Positions 14,506 through 27,915 of a stretch of DNA of 64,000 nt are shown here, one piece after another. The position numbers and the translations under genes were made by a program. Under the pieces are notes generated by a model. That model searched no databases and was not told where the DNA came from. It saw nothing but the letters and a program-made list of their open reading frames with translations. The DNA is from Eledone cirrhosa (Eukaryota), in NCBI GenBank assembly GCA_964016885.1, contig OZ024750.1:10292001-10356000 (forward strand), written 5' to 3'. Position 1 is the stretch's first letter. Every line of letters begins with the position of its first letter.

Positions 14506-16849
14506 CATTTGTAGTTGTGGTGCCAGATGTCTAGCTTTCATGGGTGAGGTTTGTCATGGCTTTAGATGTGGGGACTGCAGGCGAGTGAGTTCAACATCGA
14601 TTAGGTGTAGAGGATATTTAAAAGTGATTGGGTATTAAGTAAAGTTAATGTAAAGAATCTTACCGCTTTATTTTTTCTGACAATCAGAACAAATTTATAA
14701 AAGTTTTCAAGTGTCAGCTCTTCAGTAACAATCTTCATTTTGAGAAACTTACAGTTTTTTGAATGTTTTTTATGTTCCAACCTGTGATAATAGAGACATT
14801 ATGTAACCACAACTCAAGAATTTAGACAGTACAGCTATTATCTCCCTTTTACCTCAGAATATATTAATAATTGTTTCTATTTTTGGCACAAGGGCAGCAC
14901 TTATTCCAGTGCATTACTGGTACTTTATTTTATCGACCCCGTAAGGATGAAAGGCAAAGTTATCCTCGGTGGGATTTAATAATACGAGAGGGAATTCGTA
15001 AATTTATCTTTTTAAAAGACTACCCCATACCCAAAACAAAATACACTATTAAAGGGAACAAAAGTAAAAAAAAAAAAAAAGGACCGGTATAAAGCTGTCA
15101 GGGAGGCCTCGGTACTAGGCTACTTTTCTCTCCACATTGTGGGCAGTAGAGCCTAGGTTCATAGCCAGAGTGACAAGGTTGGAGGCAGAGAATGAGCTGA
15201 AGCACGTCACATCCCAAATTAGGGATTTACATCTCTCGAAAGGGAAGAGGGTTGCTTGCCGAGGTTCCTTCTGATGATGTTGATCAAGATGTCTAGTGTG
15301 TTGGTTTAAGTGAAATTTAATTGCTTGATAAGTATTCTATCATTTAATCATTAATATAGAGTATTTTATTGTAAAACTGACAACTTGACTGAACATTATT
15401 GATAGAGTTGTGGCCATAATTTTCTTTTTTAATCAGTTAGTCAAGAGAAAGGACAGCAATCCTGCTTCAGAGCTTGTGACTGGAGAGAGTGAGATATCCT
15501 CGGACTGGTGACCTGGCTTAAATGCTTGCAACAGAGAGGACTTTGCTAAAGACAACTCAATGGTCAGTGGGTAGAGTTAAAAATCAGGTGATGGATTAAA
15601 TCTACCCCTGTCCCCCTACAAATATAATAGCCAACCATGTTTTTAAACTGCAGAAAAACAGATAGGAATTAAACAATATAGAAGATAGTGAGAGGATTTT
15701 CATGATTTACCAAGGATCATCATCTGGTTCCCAACCATCAAGTTCTTTTTGACAGACAAAACAGCGGACATAATCTGGTTCCCTTTTTGAACCACAATGA
15801 TAAAATCCAGCAGCAGCCATCTAGTAAAGACAAAAGATATCAGATAGTAAATTACAACTTCTTCACTCACATATTTAGTACAAACTAATCTAGCAATGTA
15901 AGTCATATTGTCAGCTCAGATGTATTTCTAAAATAATGAGATGTTTGGATTGACTTAATTCAGGTTAGTTATATTTTTAAAATGTCTGCCAAATGTTAAC
16001 ATTGAGTTAATTTGTAGACTAACATGTTGATTTTTAAATAAAAGTCAGAAAGTATAATTAACTTTCAGCCTTTCAATAACAGTCTATTGAACACAAAATT
16101 CAAAGTTCTCCAAAATGGGTCGTATGGCACCATCATACTTCTTCAATGCTGTCAAGTTGACTGAGAAGAAAAGAAAAGATCCCACTTCACCTCCTAGTGA
16201 AGCTGGACAAACGTCACACCTTCAACAGCGATAGGCGGGATCCTGTTTTAGAGATGTGTCTAAGACGGGCTCCCTCTCACAGCAAAAAGTGCCCATAAAC
16301 TGGTCTTGATTGCACAACACACCAGCAAATCAGAGCCAACTGCGAAGATCTGAAGGTGACTGATGTGACTTAGGGTCAACTTTATGTGGGCGTTCAATCT
16401 CCTCAATTCAAATGGGATATAATCCAGTACAACAAAGCTTTGGTTAGCCTTGACCAGCGCTATCTGTCAACAAATTGGTGTTTCCCTGAGGCTTGGCCTC
16501 TGGATTTGGGAGCAACAAGTAGATGCGAATCCAAGGTAGATGCTTTCAGCCTTCAACCACAGTCATTAAACCTCAATGAGATCATTAAGCATGGCCTAGA
16601 TATTGCTGGCTTCCCATTGTAGCTGAAACTGATGGGGTTAGATTGAGGAAATGACAAGATCAGATGGCATCACAATCTTCCCATTCCCTTAACATGAACA
16701 GACACGTTTTCTAACAGCAAGCAACTTGGTAAATTGTTGCTTGACAAGTTGAAGATTGCCAGTTATTTGGGGGTACTGACTGCTTTCTGGGTAGGTTTGT
16801 GGTCGAACCTGTTGCAGAGAAGACTTCTGTCATTCTGGGTTACCAAACT

Positions 16850-17060
16850 GTCTCCTTACATGTTACTATCGAGAAGGAGTTGGCCACCCGCAGGAGTGAG
16901 CCCCGTGAGTTGGAATGGCTCTTTCGGCATGTTTCCCATGCAATTCTCCGAGGTAATGCTTTCTTTATTCCATCCACTGGGACCATGAGGCTGCTGCATA
17001 TACCTGGGGTTCCGTACGACAGAACGAACGGAGTGTAGAGGGGGCTGGTGTTGCAACCAT
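16850..17060 (+). mobile_element. CRE-like (RLE) non-LTR retrotransposon C-terminal fragment
   Basis: EPRELEWLFRHVSHAILRGNAFFI resembles the L.Q.LS.A..RGNA..I terminus of CRE-type elements. Confidence 0.55.
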
Positions 17061-20000
17061 TTATCGATTAGTTTGTACTATTGACATTACTAAAGCGAAT
17101 TTCCCACACTATATATACAACCAAAAATATATTAACGATCCAACTATAAAACGACAGTCTATTCTCAAACATCTTACAAAACCATAAGTCAATGAGATAG
17201 CTTCTGTGACAATGGGTCCCTAGTTTTTTTTTATTATTCACGCTACACTTCAAAAAAAGTAAATATATTTTGGTATATTTTGTGCCAAAATTCGAAAATT
17301 GATTCCAAAGAGATATTTATACATATTAGTATAGCATAAAGTAGAAATATAGATAATTAAACACACAGAAAATGGAGCAAAGTTATCCATAAGAAACACA
17401 CGACTGCAGTTTTTTAGTAATGTTTTTATTATTTTTTTTAACGATCGACAATATCCGAGACCTCATTCGCTTAACAAGTGAGGAGGAACTCGTCAAATCG
17501 GACCATGGAAACATTGGTCTTTCCCTTGTTGATATTATCTACCAGTTGCAACATGAAATAAAGTGTCTTGCTCAAGGACACAACGCATCCCCTGGTCCGG
17601 GAATCGAACTCATAACCTCACGATTGCGAATCTAGTTGAAGTTTATTATGAATTGGATTGGTAGTATCGGTAGAGGGTCGAACGCCATTCTTTCCAGCAT
17701 AGTTACGTCCCTTTACGATCTGAGTTCAAATCCCGCCGAGGTTGACTTTGCCTTTCATCCTTACGGGATCGATAAAATAAAGTACCAGTAATGCACTGGG
17801 TATTTGCTGGCCTTATGGCTAAAGTAGAAACAATTATGAATTTAAATTTGTATTTTTCACATTTTGAAAATAGAATCTTGCTTTCTCTCAGCGCACCTAA
17901 TTACATCTGGCGACACATCAATGAATCCGGTGAATCGGACAATATATATTTTTTGATTTTCTTCATTCGAGAACTATTCTTAATGCGGACTTTTATTTAG
18001 TCCTGAATAAGTATTATTTTTTCCATTTTTAGGTTTAGCAAATATTCCTTTACAACGAACATTTAGATAATGTGTTAGGATCAGTTAATTCAAATAAGAG
18101 AATTAGTGGCGGTTATTTTCGAAACTTATTTTCATTGAAAATACACACAAAAAAAGGTGGGAAACGAAAAATATTTACGAAAAGTGAAAATAAAAAATAT
18201 TTATTTAGGACACTCAATATAAGAATCGTTAAATACTTATTTGGAAGAAATACATTTAACAAAATAATATTTAAACAAACAACAAAACGGGGGAAAATTA
18301 AAATATTTTTTTACTTACTTTCTCTGGAGTACATAAACAGTCCTCACGAAATGGCCAGCTTTTGAAAGATTCCAGCCTATTACTTTGTAGATGCATGAAA
18401 TACTCAATTTCTACAGGCATATTTTTGTCCATCTCCATGTTTTAAAATAGATTTAAGAAGTTTTAATAACAATTCTAAGACAGTTAAATCTCAGCACAAC
18501 TTCCCACAAAAAATTTGAATATCCCTCTACAGGTCACATGACTATCAAGGGACGTAACTCTTGGCGTAATTATTATTACCAGTAAAGGCGGTGGATTGGC
18601 AGTATCGGTAGAGGGTCAGACGCCATGCTTTGACGCATAGAGTTACGGCCCTTGCCATTCTGAGTTCAAATCTCGCCGAGGTTAACTTTGCCTTTCATCC
18701 TTATGGGGTCGATAAAATAAAGTACCAGTAATACACAGGGTAATTGCTGGCCTTGTGCCAAAAGTAGAAACAATTATTATTACATTCTGAGTTCAAATCT
18801 TACGAAGGTTAGCTTTGCCATTCATCCTTACGGGGTCAATAAAATACAGTATCAGCAGCGTACTGGGGCCGATTTAATCGACTTTCCCCTCCCCTTCAAA
18901 TTACTGGCCTTGTATCTAAAGTAGAAACAATTATTATGGCTGTGTTTGTAGAGATTATTTGAGGTGGTTCAATTTTTTCTTCCTTGTGGTACATTTTTGG
19001 TGTAAAAAAATGTCAGGGCCACAAATACAAATAGAAGTTCCATGTTACAGGAAATATATTTTATTTACAAAAGTAAAATGTAGTTGAAAATATAAATCTT
19101 GACTAATGACTATTTATTTAAATGAATTCTGAATTATTTGCCTTAAAAAATAAAATAAAGCAGTTTGTGTTTTTATAATTTTACGACAGTAGAAAAAAAG
19201 AAAAGAAAAAGAATTTCAAAGCTCACCTATTTTTCTGCTTCCTCTCTGGTTTGGTCAACATCCAGTTTCCATCCAATGTCTTTTCTGTCTTCTCTTTGGT
19301 TTGGTGAACTAGAGTAACATAAATGACATTGGGATTTTCATCTAGAGGCACAAGCCTGGGCAAGGTATGTTTGTGTAAGACCAGCAGTTGCCCATACATA
19401 CCAGTCTTCCCTCTGCATGCCACCAATGTTGTCCAAGGGAAAGACAATGGCTAATACAGCTTGACACCAGTGACACAGTGACATTGCAACTTATTTCTAC
19501 AGCTGAGTGAATTGGAGCAATGTGAAATAAAGTGTCTTGCTCAAGGACACACAACACATCACCTGGTCCAATAATCGAACTCACAACCACCCAATTGCAA
19601 GCCCAACATTCTAGCCACTAATGAAAGTCTTCTCTATTTATTTCTTTATTAAGTCAATTATTTGATTGGTGTAAAAAAATAAAATAAAAAAAAAGTTGTA
19701 GAATAGATTCACTTCACCTGGAAAACACTCAGGTAATTAAAACAAATTACGTCCTTGGCTGTCATTTTAATGACTCTGCCAAATGTTGTTCTTAGAACAG
19801 ATGTTATATTCTTTATGATATCTCTAGTTTGTTGGTCTCATAACTCTGGGAATAGATGACCTTTTATACTATCTCACATAAATACAAGATGTATTAGTCA
19901 GAAATTACTACATATTTGATTCATAATACATAAATAAAATAGAATAAAATAAAAAAAAGGTGGTGGCTTTGTGTCTCATGAAAGCAAAGGTGTACGAGTC

Positions 20001-20724
20001 AGACTGGAATAATGACGGATGTAGGGGGTACAACCGTCCGTACGCCCAGAGTTAGGCAAAGTTGGGGGGTAAAATCTGGACAAAGCAAAAAGAAAAAATA
20101 TCAAACAGAAAAAGCAAAAAGATTAACAAATAATAATGGCAAATTAATTGCTAACTAATTCTAGTGTATAGTATATATATATATAGTATGTGTGTGTATA
20201 TATACATGGTAGTGCATAATATATATATATATTAGAGAGTCAGGACCCAAAGGCTGAGCTTTTGTAATTTCAACAGCTGGAATTTGCTGCTGTCAGACCC
20301 CGACACTATTATCCCAAATATCGAGTAGTCTGCTTAATAATGGTCTTACTAGTTAATAACTGGGTTGTTGGTATGTCAGTGATGCATTTTTTTCAGTCTC
20401 TCTTTACTCATCTGCATCTGTGATGCCTTTGTGGACAGTCTGACACCAGGCATCGCAGTTCCAAACCTGTTTCTCCCAGTTCGAAGGAGAGCTGTTGCAG
20501 GTTTCCATGTTTCTCTTATACTACATTAATAATATATAAATAATTGTTTTCATAAGAAGCATCTTCAAACTCATCCATGTGCCTGATGACTAGGTTACAA
20601 ATTTGATTGCTCTTACAATCTGCACAGTCTGATGAGATGGTCATAATTGGACCTTTGCAACCTTAGGTAGTGCTTTTTGTTCTGTGTATGAACATAAATA
20701 AATAATATAATATATAGAATCAAA

Positions 20725-21095
20725 ATTATTAACCATCTTGCCAACAACAACCCTGAGCACCTTTTTGAATGCCATGTCTCTAACACATGTGGGCATGCCT
20801 ACAAAGTCAGAAAACAGCACAACTCCCATGAGTTTCGGAAACATTTTTTCATGCTCAGAGTTGCTGAAGCATGGAACAAACTTCCTGCATCAGTTGTCGA
20901 AACACTACAACCTTTAAAACCTCCATGTTGACTGAAATTCGCAAACACTGAACCTGATATCCACCCTCCACACACACGCGTGTATATCATGACTGTTCAC
21001 TTTCCTCACATTTGTACATTATTCTATGTACTATACATGCACCTTTGATGAGTTGTAGTGCACCTGAGCACTATACACAATAATTTCATTATTAT
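20725..21095 (+). mobile_element. CR1-like LINE 3' fragment
   Basis: Translates to TCGHAYKVRKQHNSHEFRKHFFMLRVAEAWNKLPASVV, a typical CR1 ORF2 C-terminus, followed by a 3' tail also seen at about 39137-39183. Confidence 0.75.
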
Positions 21096-22259
21096 ATTAA
21101 AAGGAAGGAACACACAAACAAAATTCAGAATATAAAATATATATGTATTTTATCACATTTTACTCAGAAGCATAAATTTAGTAAATTGAAATATATATAT
21201 ATATAAATATTGCTCAATGATACAGCAGTTCATTGCATAATGTTATCACCAACCATCAACTTTATATAAATATAAAATAATGATAATTGTATAATTGTCA
21301 AATTTTAATTAGTAACAAAATAGGTTTAGTTTTCATTAAGATTATTATAACAATTACTTTATTAGGACGTTAATTTTGAAAGCATCATTTGAAATAATAA
21401 ATCTTCCCTCACCTCACATCTTGAAAAATATTGTAATTATTTTCTGTTTCATCAACATCTTTGTCACCATACCTCTAATGAAAGCATTATTTATGATTTT
21501 TTAAATTAATTTTGAGGGATTTAATAAAAAAGAAAAAACTTTCTCGCTATTAAACTGGTATTTCTAACATAACATAACAAAAGTTCTTTATATAAAATTT
21601 ATATGGAAAGTTTTAATTTAAATATAAACACCTTAAAAACAAATGGCAGGAATCCTAAGGGTGGTTGGGTATCTGAAGGGTTAATACTTATATTTATATC
21701 TGTAGGATATTAGAGAGTAAGTAATAAGTCTAATGAGGAGGTTTCGAGAATATTAAAATACAAAATAAAATGAATGAAGGAATCTTTATGTAGTTACCTT
21801 GACCTACAAATACTAGCAACTGAATTTTATTCAAACCGTCCTCCTTTATTATTTGAGAGAGAGAGTAAGTGTATAGTGAAATCAATCCCGAGACAATCAA
21901 CCACTATGACCCAAAAATAGGTTCATTGTGGCTGGAAGACTAGTAAAAAAAAAAAGGAATATTATTCTTAGCTCTACTCAAACAAATCTGCCTGAAAACA
22001 CAACTTTAATTTATAGTCCTCACTTAAGACTGACTTTATTTATATACCAGGCTAGTTATGTAACTTGTAATATCACTTCTTTATGAGGGACACAAAGATG
22101 TCACAAAAATATTATTGCACAATTAGGAAAAGCCAGATTTGGTTATTGTAGGAGATTCAAATATATCTTTAAGTAACTTTACATACAAGTTTCTACTTAA
22201 TTTAGTAACCAAATCTCTTTCAACAAACTCTGCCAGCTTTAAATTGGAAACCACATGTT

Positions 22260-22658
22260 TTAACCCTTTAGCATTTACATTACTCTATATTTACTATTGT
22301 ATTTTTCACATAATATTGATTCTATGAAATTTTGATGATGATATTATTTATTTTGAGAACAATACCTTAACATCAGTATGAGTGGCCAGTCACAAGAATT
22401 CTGGCCGGATACAGCCACTTTAAACAGAAAGAGGTGAGAGAATTCTGGCCAGATACAGCCGGTTTAAACAGAAAGAGGTGAGAGAATTCTGGCCGGATAC
22501 AGCTGGTTTAAACAAAAAGAGGTGAGAGAATTCTGGCCGGATACAGCCAGTTTAAACAGAAAGAGGTGAGAGAATTCTGGCTGGATACAGCCAGTTTAAA
22601 CAGAAAGAAGTGAGAGAACTCTGGCCAGATACAGCCGGTTTAAATGCTAAAGGGTTAA
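22260..22658. mobile_element. piggyBac-type MITE with internal 44-bp tandem array
   Basis: TTAA target duplication and 14-bp TIRs CCCTTTAGCATTTA / TAAATGCTAAAGGG; about 6 tandem 44-bp units inside. Confidence 0.8.
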
Positions 22659-23439
22659 GTATTATATCTTAAATTATGGTCACAATAAAGATGAAATTGT
22701 CATGGCTAGAAAACAAACAAAAAGTTGAATACTTTGTTCCAATTGTTATTTCTAATTCATAAGTCTACTCAGAGTTGTATGAGTGTTACAAACAATTTAT
22801 CTGTGATAGTCTGTCATGGTGAGGACTTCTTTTGTTGTCAACATTAAGCCTCTGCTCTCTAGTTCATGTTTAACACTCCTACTTGGAAACAATTGCTGCA
22901 CTTATATTATTTCTTCATCCAAACACTGAAACTGTGTGTCAATTGTTTATACCTCTTACTAAACATCACTCAATAAAATAGTCCAAGAATTCTTGAACTA
23001 TTTTCCACACAAACTCTTTATGCACCAAATTGAAGAGTATGCTTATGGCCCCTTTTCAATGCCTGTGAGACTAGTGGGAGGGAGGGAGGAGAGAAAGGTA
23101 CCCTTAAACCAGAGACCTGGATAAAAATGCTTGCAACAGAAGGACCGAATGGCCAGTTGGTGATGTATCTGAATCTCTGTAAATCTCATTTTGAGTTAGT
23201 GTTTAACTCTAGTTTTCTAGTTTGAGATGAAAGCTAAATGTACTCTTGGATAGGGAGCTAGTCTGTTTTAGGTAACTTTTCCCAGTGATCTGGTACATAT
23301 TCCCAACAGTGGAAGTAAGGCAATATGGAATAAAGTCATTTCCTCAGAAATGTCAGCAGTTAATCTGAACTCCTGTCTCATGATTTGGTAATTAAACTAA
23401 TACTTCTGTTACTGTTCAGGGTTCAATGATGTTAGAGTA

Positions 23440-23650
23440 AAGGAGACATAACTAACAAATACAGTCTCACAATGAAGTAGACAGGAGACACAACTAACAG
23501 ATACTGTCTCACAATGAAGTAGACAGGAGACACATAACAGGTACTGTCTCACAATGAAGTAGACAGGAGACATAACTATCAGATACTGTATCACAATGAA
23601 GGAGACAGAAGACATAACTAACAGATACTATCTCACAATGAAGTAGACAG
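23440..23650. repeat. About 46-bp minisatellite, 4-5 copies
   Basis: Recurring tctcacaatgaagtagacaggagaca. Confidence 0.85.
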
Positions 23651-24254
23651 TAAATTAGTATTTGATTTTGAAGAAGGCCAGAAAACAGCAATACCTTCGT
23701 TGATAAATAATAGGGGTGACAAATTCCTGTCACAAGCTATTCACTATTTCCGCGCAAGAAAAATAATATATTTTTTTTCATATGAATGAGTTCAAATCCC
23801 ACCTAGAACAATTTTGCCTATTTATTATTTTAAGGTTGATAAAATAAATACCAGTTAAATACCGGTGTCACTGTTACAGTATGGCCATAGTTCAATGATT
23901 GAACCAGTAAAAGAATAAATATTAGTCTTTATAAGAATTTTCTTTTTAAATTTCCAATATATATTATAAAACACCCCAATTCTTTTTAAATTCTGTTAAT
24001 TCTAACAACACCCATTCTCTAAACCTTTTTTCTTTATTTCACATTCTCACCTTCTAAGAGTTTTAAAAGGTTAGGGAAAAAAGTAACTGTAGATTTTGGA
24101 ATAAAAGTAAATAATTAATAAAAATTTTAAAGTGCCAAATTACATGAAAAATTTAGATTGGACACATATAAAATAAATAGATCTTTTTTGCTTTAAAAAA
24201 TTATTTTTGAGCACAAAATAGCTGTAGTTCTTTTGAATAATAAAAAAAAAAAAT

Positions 24255-24446
24255 GGTGTTTGTTTTTCATGGTAAAACATTTAGTTTTATAGTTTAGCTA
24301 ACATTTTAGTATACTTTTGGTGTTTGTTTTTCATGGTAAAACATTTAGCTTTATAGTTTAGCTAACATTTTAGTATACTTTTGGTGTTTGTTTTTCATGG
24401 TAAAACATTTAGCTTTAAAGTTTAGCTAACATTTTAGTATACTTTT
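24255..24446. repeat. 64-bp tandem triplication spanning the aminotransferase stop codon
   Basis: Units start at 24255, 24319 and 24383. Confidence 0.92.
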
Positions 24447-24705
24447 CATATTTATCATTCTTTCGTACAATATATCTAACTGCAGTGGACATTTGGTCAA
24501 GAACATGGAATGGTACAGCTTTTGTAACTGGTATGTAGATAATATTGTTCATCAAATATTTAGCTTCATGAGGGTAGTAAGGCACTAACTCAAGTGAAAC
24601 ATTTTCAGGTTTTTGGTCGGATTCAATAAAGGTTAGCTGTGTAGATGAGCGGTGTGCCTCGACTCCAATGGAATTTAACTCATTCATCATCTCAACAGGG
24701 TTTTT
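24415..24705 (-). CDS. DegT-family aminotransferase, terminal exon ending in PTS1-type -AKL
   Basis: ttttcag acceptor, phase 0. Reads KNPVEMMNELNSIGVEAHRSSTQL...YPHEAKYLMNNIIYIPV...KMLAKL*. The P-x-A-x5-IIYIPV segment fits the DegT C-terminal domain. Total spliced CDS 1305 nt = 434 aa. Confidence 0.85.
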   Translation of the reverse strand, partial: KNPVEMMNELNSIGVEAHRSSTQLTFIESDQKPENVSLELVPYYPHEAKYLMNNIIYIPVTKAVPFHVLDQMSTAVRYIVRKNDKYEKYTKMLAKL

Positions 24706-24989
24706 CTGAAAACATAGAAATAAGAGATAGATGGAGACAAAGAGAAAGAGACAGATAGATAGAGAGAGAGAAAGGAAGATCAAAGTAATAAATGAAAAAT
24801 TATATTTGAATAACAACATTCATCATCATCATCATCATCATTTTTATGTCTGCTTATATATATAATATATTATATATATAATATATTATATATATAATAT
24901 ATTATATATATAATATATTATATATATAATATATTATATATATAATATATTATATATATAATATATTATATATATAATATAAGTGGATT

Positions 24990-25180
24990 GGCGGTGGATT
25001 GGCAGTATCGGTAGAGGGTCGGACGCCATGCTTTGACGCATAGAGTTACGGCCCTTGCCATTCTGAGTTCAAATCCCGCCGAGGTTAACTTTGCCTTTCA
25101 TCCTTACGGGGTCGATAAAATAAAGTACCAGTAATGCACTGGGTAATTACTGGCCTTGTGCCAAACGTAGAAACAATTAT
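24990..25180 (+). mobile_element. tRNA-derived SINE family 1, representative copy (about 20 copies or fragments in the window)
   Basis: A-box-like TGGCAGTATCGG, B-box GAGTTCAAATCCC, central gttaactttgcctttcatccttacggggtcgataaaataaagtaccag, (ATT)n tail. Other copies near 1310, 4910, 11600, 14870(-), 17655, 18590, 18785, 32900(-), 35180, 39185, 43910, 44140, 48690, 50450, 51505, 51690, 57650(-), 58935. Confidence 0.85.
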
Positions 25181-25410
25181 ATATATAATATATTATATAT
25201 ATAATATAAGTGGTAAAGTATGTGTGTGTTTATGTAACGTTAGAAGTATGGTGTGTGTGTGTAATATGAATGGTAAGGTGTGTGTGTGTAATATGAGGGG
25301 TAAGGTGTGTGTGTGTGTGTGTGTGTGTGTGATATGAGAAGTATGGTATGTATGTGTGTGTGTGTGTATGTAATGTTAGAAATATGATCTGTATGTGACG
25401 TTAGTGCTAT

Positions 25411-25690
25411 CGTATGTGTGTGTGATAAGGTATGTGTGTGTGATAAGGTATGTGTGTGTGATAAGGTATGTGTGTGTGATAAGGTATGTGTGTGTGATAA
25501 GGTATGTGTGTGTGATAAGGTATATGTGTGTGATAAGGTATGTGTGTGTGATAAGGTATGTGTGTGTGATAAGGTATGTGTGTGTGATAAGGTATGTGTG
25601 TGTGATAAGGTATGTGTGTGTGATAAGGTATGTGTGTGTGATAAGGTATGTGTGTGTGATAAGGTATGTGTGTGTGATAAGGTATGTGTT
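25411..25690. repeat. 18-bp minisatellite gtatgtgtgtgtgataag, about 15 copies
   Basis: Direct inspection. Confidence 0.95.
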
Positions 25691-26328
25691 TGTGTTTAGT
25701 CAGTGGAGGTTTGCTGTATAGTATCAATCAGACATAATTTTTTTTATTATTCTGAAGAATGTGACTTAGTCAAGTTGACGGATGAGAAAATGAGAAAAAG
25801 TTAAAGTTTAACCCCCCCCCCCCCCCCCCACACACACACAAAACAGGGGCATAAAACTCGATTAAATGAATAAATAATAAATGTTAGCAACTCATTGAAA
25901 GTAATAATAAAGAGACTGTGGAATGTGGTAACTACCCAAGAAATCTGATTAAAAGAGGAAATGGCATTGATAAGTGAGTAGCAGGAGAATGATAATGGTG
26001 CTGTCTTTGTAGACATACATTTTTCAGAATGACTGACTAAATTACTTGGCTAAAAATAAATGGTAGCACTAAAACAAAGTTAACATGATGTTGATTTAAG
26101 TTTCGGTTGTCTGTTAAACACAGAACAGAGAAAGTCTGCTGCAGCTGGAGATTGTGACATCTGTTACTTTCAGGATATAAAGTAGAAGTGGTTTTATTAG
26201 AGAGAGAATATCTGAGAGGAATAAGACATATCTTCTGTTGATTTCAATGGTGAATAGTCAGTTGTTTCATCAACTCTATGTCTTAGCATGTATGCACAAA
26301 CAACCACACACACACGCATATATTTATT

Positions 26329-26359
<31 letters not shown>

Positions 26360-26813
26360 GTATGAGGTGAGTTTTATTGTAGCACAATAAAGCAATGCAA
26401 ATATCGGATAAGTAGCACTCAACAGTTTATAGGACTGGAGTATAAATAATATAAAATCAAAAGATGGTTAAAAGAGTTCCATGTATTTTATTATGCGCAT
26501 TTCATGATGATATCTGTTTTTGAAATGCGCATAATAAAATACATGGAACTCTTTTAACCATCTTTTGATTTTATATTATATATATATATGTATATATGTA
26601 AAAGGTAAACAGAAATAACAACACAATCGGTGCAGTATATGGAAGGGATATATTAGGTTAACGCTTGAAATAGCAGGAAGAGGGTCTTAACGTTTCGGAC
26701 GCTAGTCCTTTTTCAGAAGAACGAATGAGAAATTATATAGATTGAGGGGACGGGCGGGATGGAATTGGAAAAAATGTCTTTAGATAAAAATAACAGGTCC
26801 ATTTATGTTGACA

Positions 26814-26849
<36 letters not shown>

Positions 26850-27159
26850 ATGGTAAAGTTGCAGAATATGGTAGGTAGAAACTGTGCAGAAGCCTGTTGT
26901 ATGTGTGTATGTATGTCTGTGTTTGTGTTAGTGTCTTCACACCATGCACTGTTGTATGTGTGTATGTATGTCCATGGCTGTGTTTGTATCTTTGCAGTCA
27001 TACTGTTGTATGTGCATATATATTCATGTTTATGTTAGTGTCATACCACCCACACTGTTTAAGCACATGATTATTGTAGGAAAAGACAAAACAAATACAA
27101 TTAAAAGAATATAAATCTAAAACCAACAAAGCCTGTTGTCAAAGAAAGCTGTGACATGA

Positions 27160-27910
27160 CAAAGGAGAAGAATATACCACTATGATAGGAGAAGAAGATA
27201 CCACTATGATAAAGAAGATACCACTATGATAGGAGAAGAAGATATCACTATGATAGGAGAAGAAGATATCACTATGATAGAAGATACCACTATGATAAGA
27301 GAAGAAGATATCACTATGATAGAGAAGGTTCCACTATGATAGGAGAAGATACCACTATGATAGGAGAAGATATCACTATGATAGGAGAAGATACCACTAT
27401 GATAGGAGAAGATACCACTATGATAGGAGAAGATATCACTATGATAGAGAAGAAGATATCACTATGATAGGAGAAGAAGATATCACTATGATAGAAGATA
27501 CCACTATGATAGGAGAAGATACCACTATGATAAGAGAAGAAGATATCACTATGATAGAAGATACCACTATGATAGGAGAAGAAGATATCACTATGATAGG
27601 AGAAGAAGATATCACTATGATAGAAGATACTACTATGATAGGAGAAGATACCACTATGATAAGAGAAGAAGATACCACTATGATAGAGAAGGTTCCACTA
27701 TGATAGGAGAAGATACCACTATGATAGGAGAAGAAGATACCACTGTGATAGAGAAGGTCCACTATGATAGGAGAAGATACCACTATGATAAGAGAAGAAG
27801 ATACCACTATGATAGAGAAGGTCCACTATGATAGGAGAAGATACCACTATGATAGGAGAAGAAGATACCACTATGATAGAGAAGGTCCACTATGATAGAC
27901 GAAGAAGATA
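27160..27910. repeat. Minisatellite gataccactatgataggagaa(gaa), variable unit of about 18-24 bp
   Basis: More than 30 variant units abutting the exon-2 donor of the aminotransferase. Confidence 0.95.
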
Positions 27911-27915
27911 CATAC

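Noticed and set aside
15300-16720. Possible protein-coding region with higher GC
   Set aside because: Stops in all frames and no motif I can identify confidently; probably a decayed retroelement.
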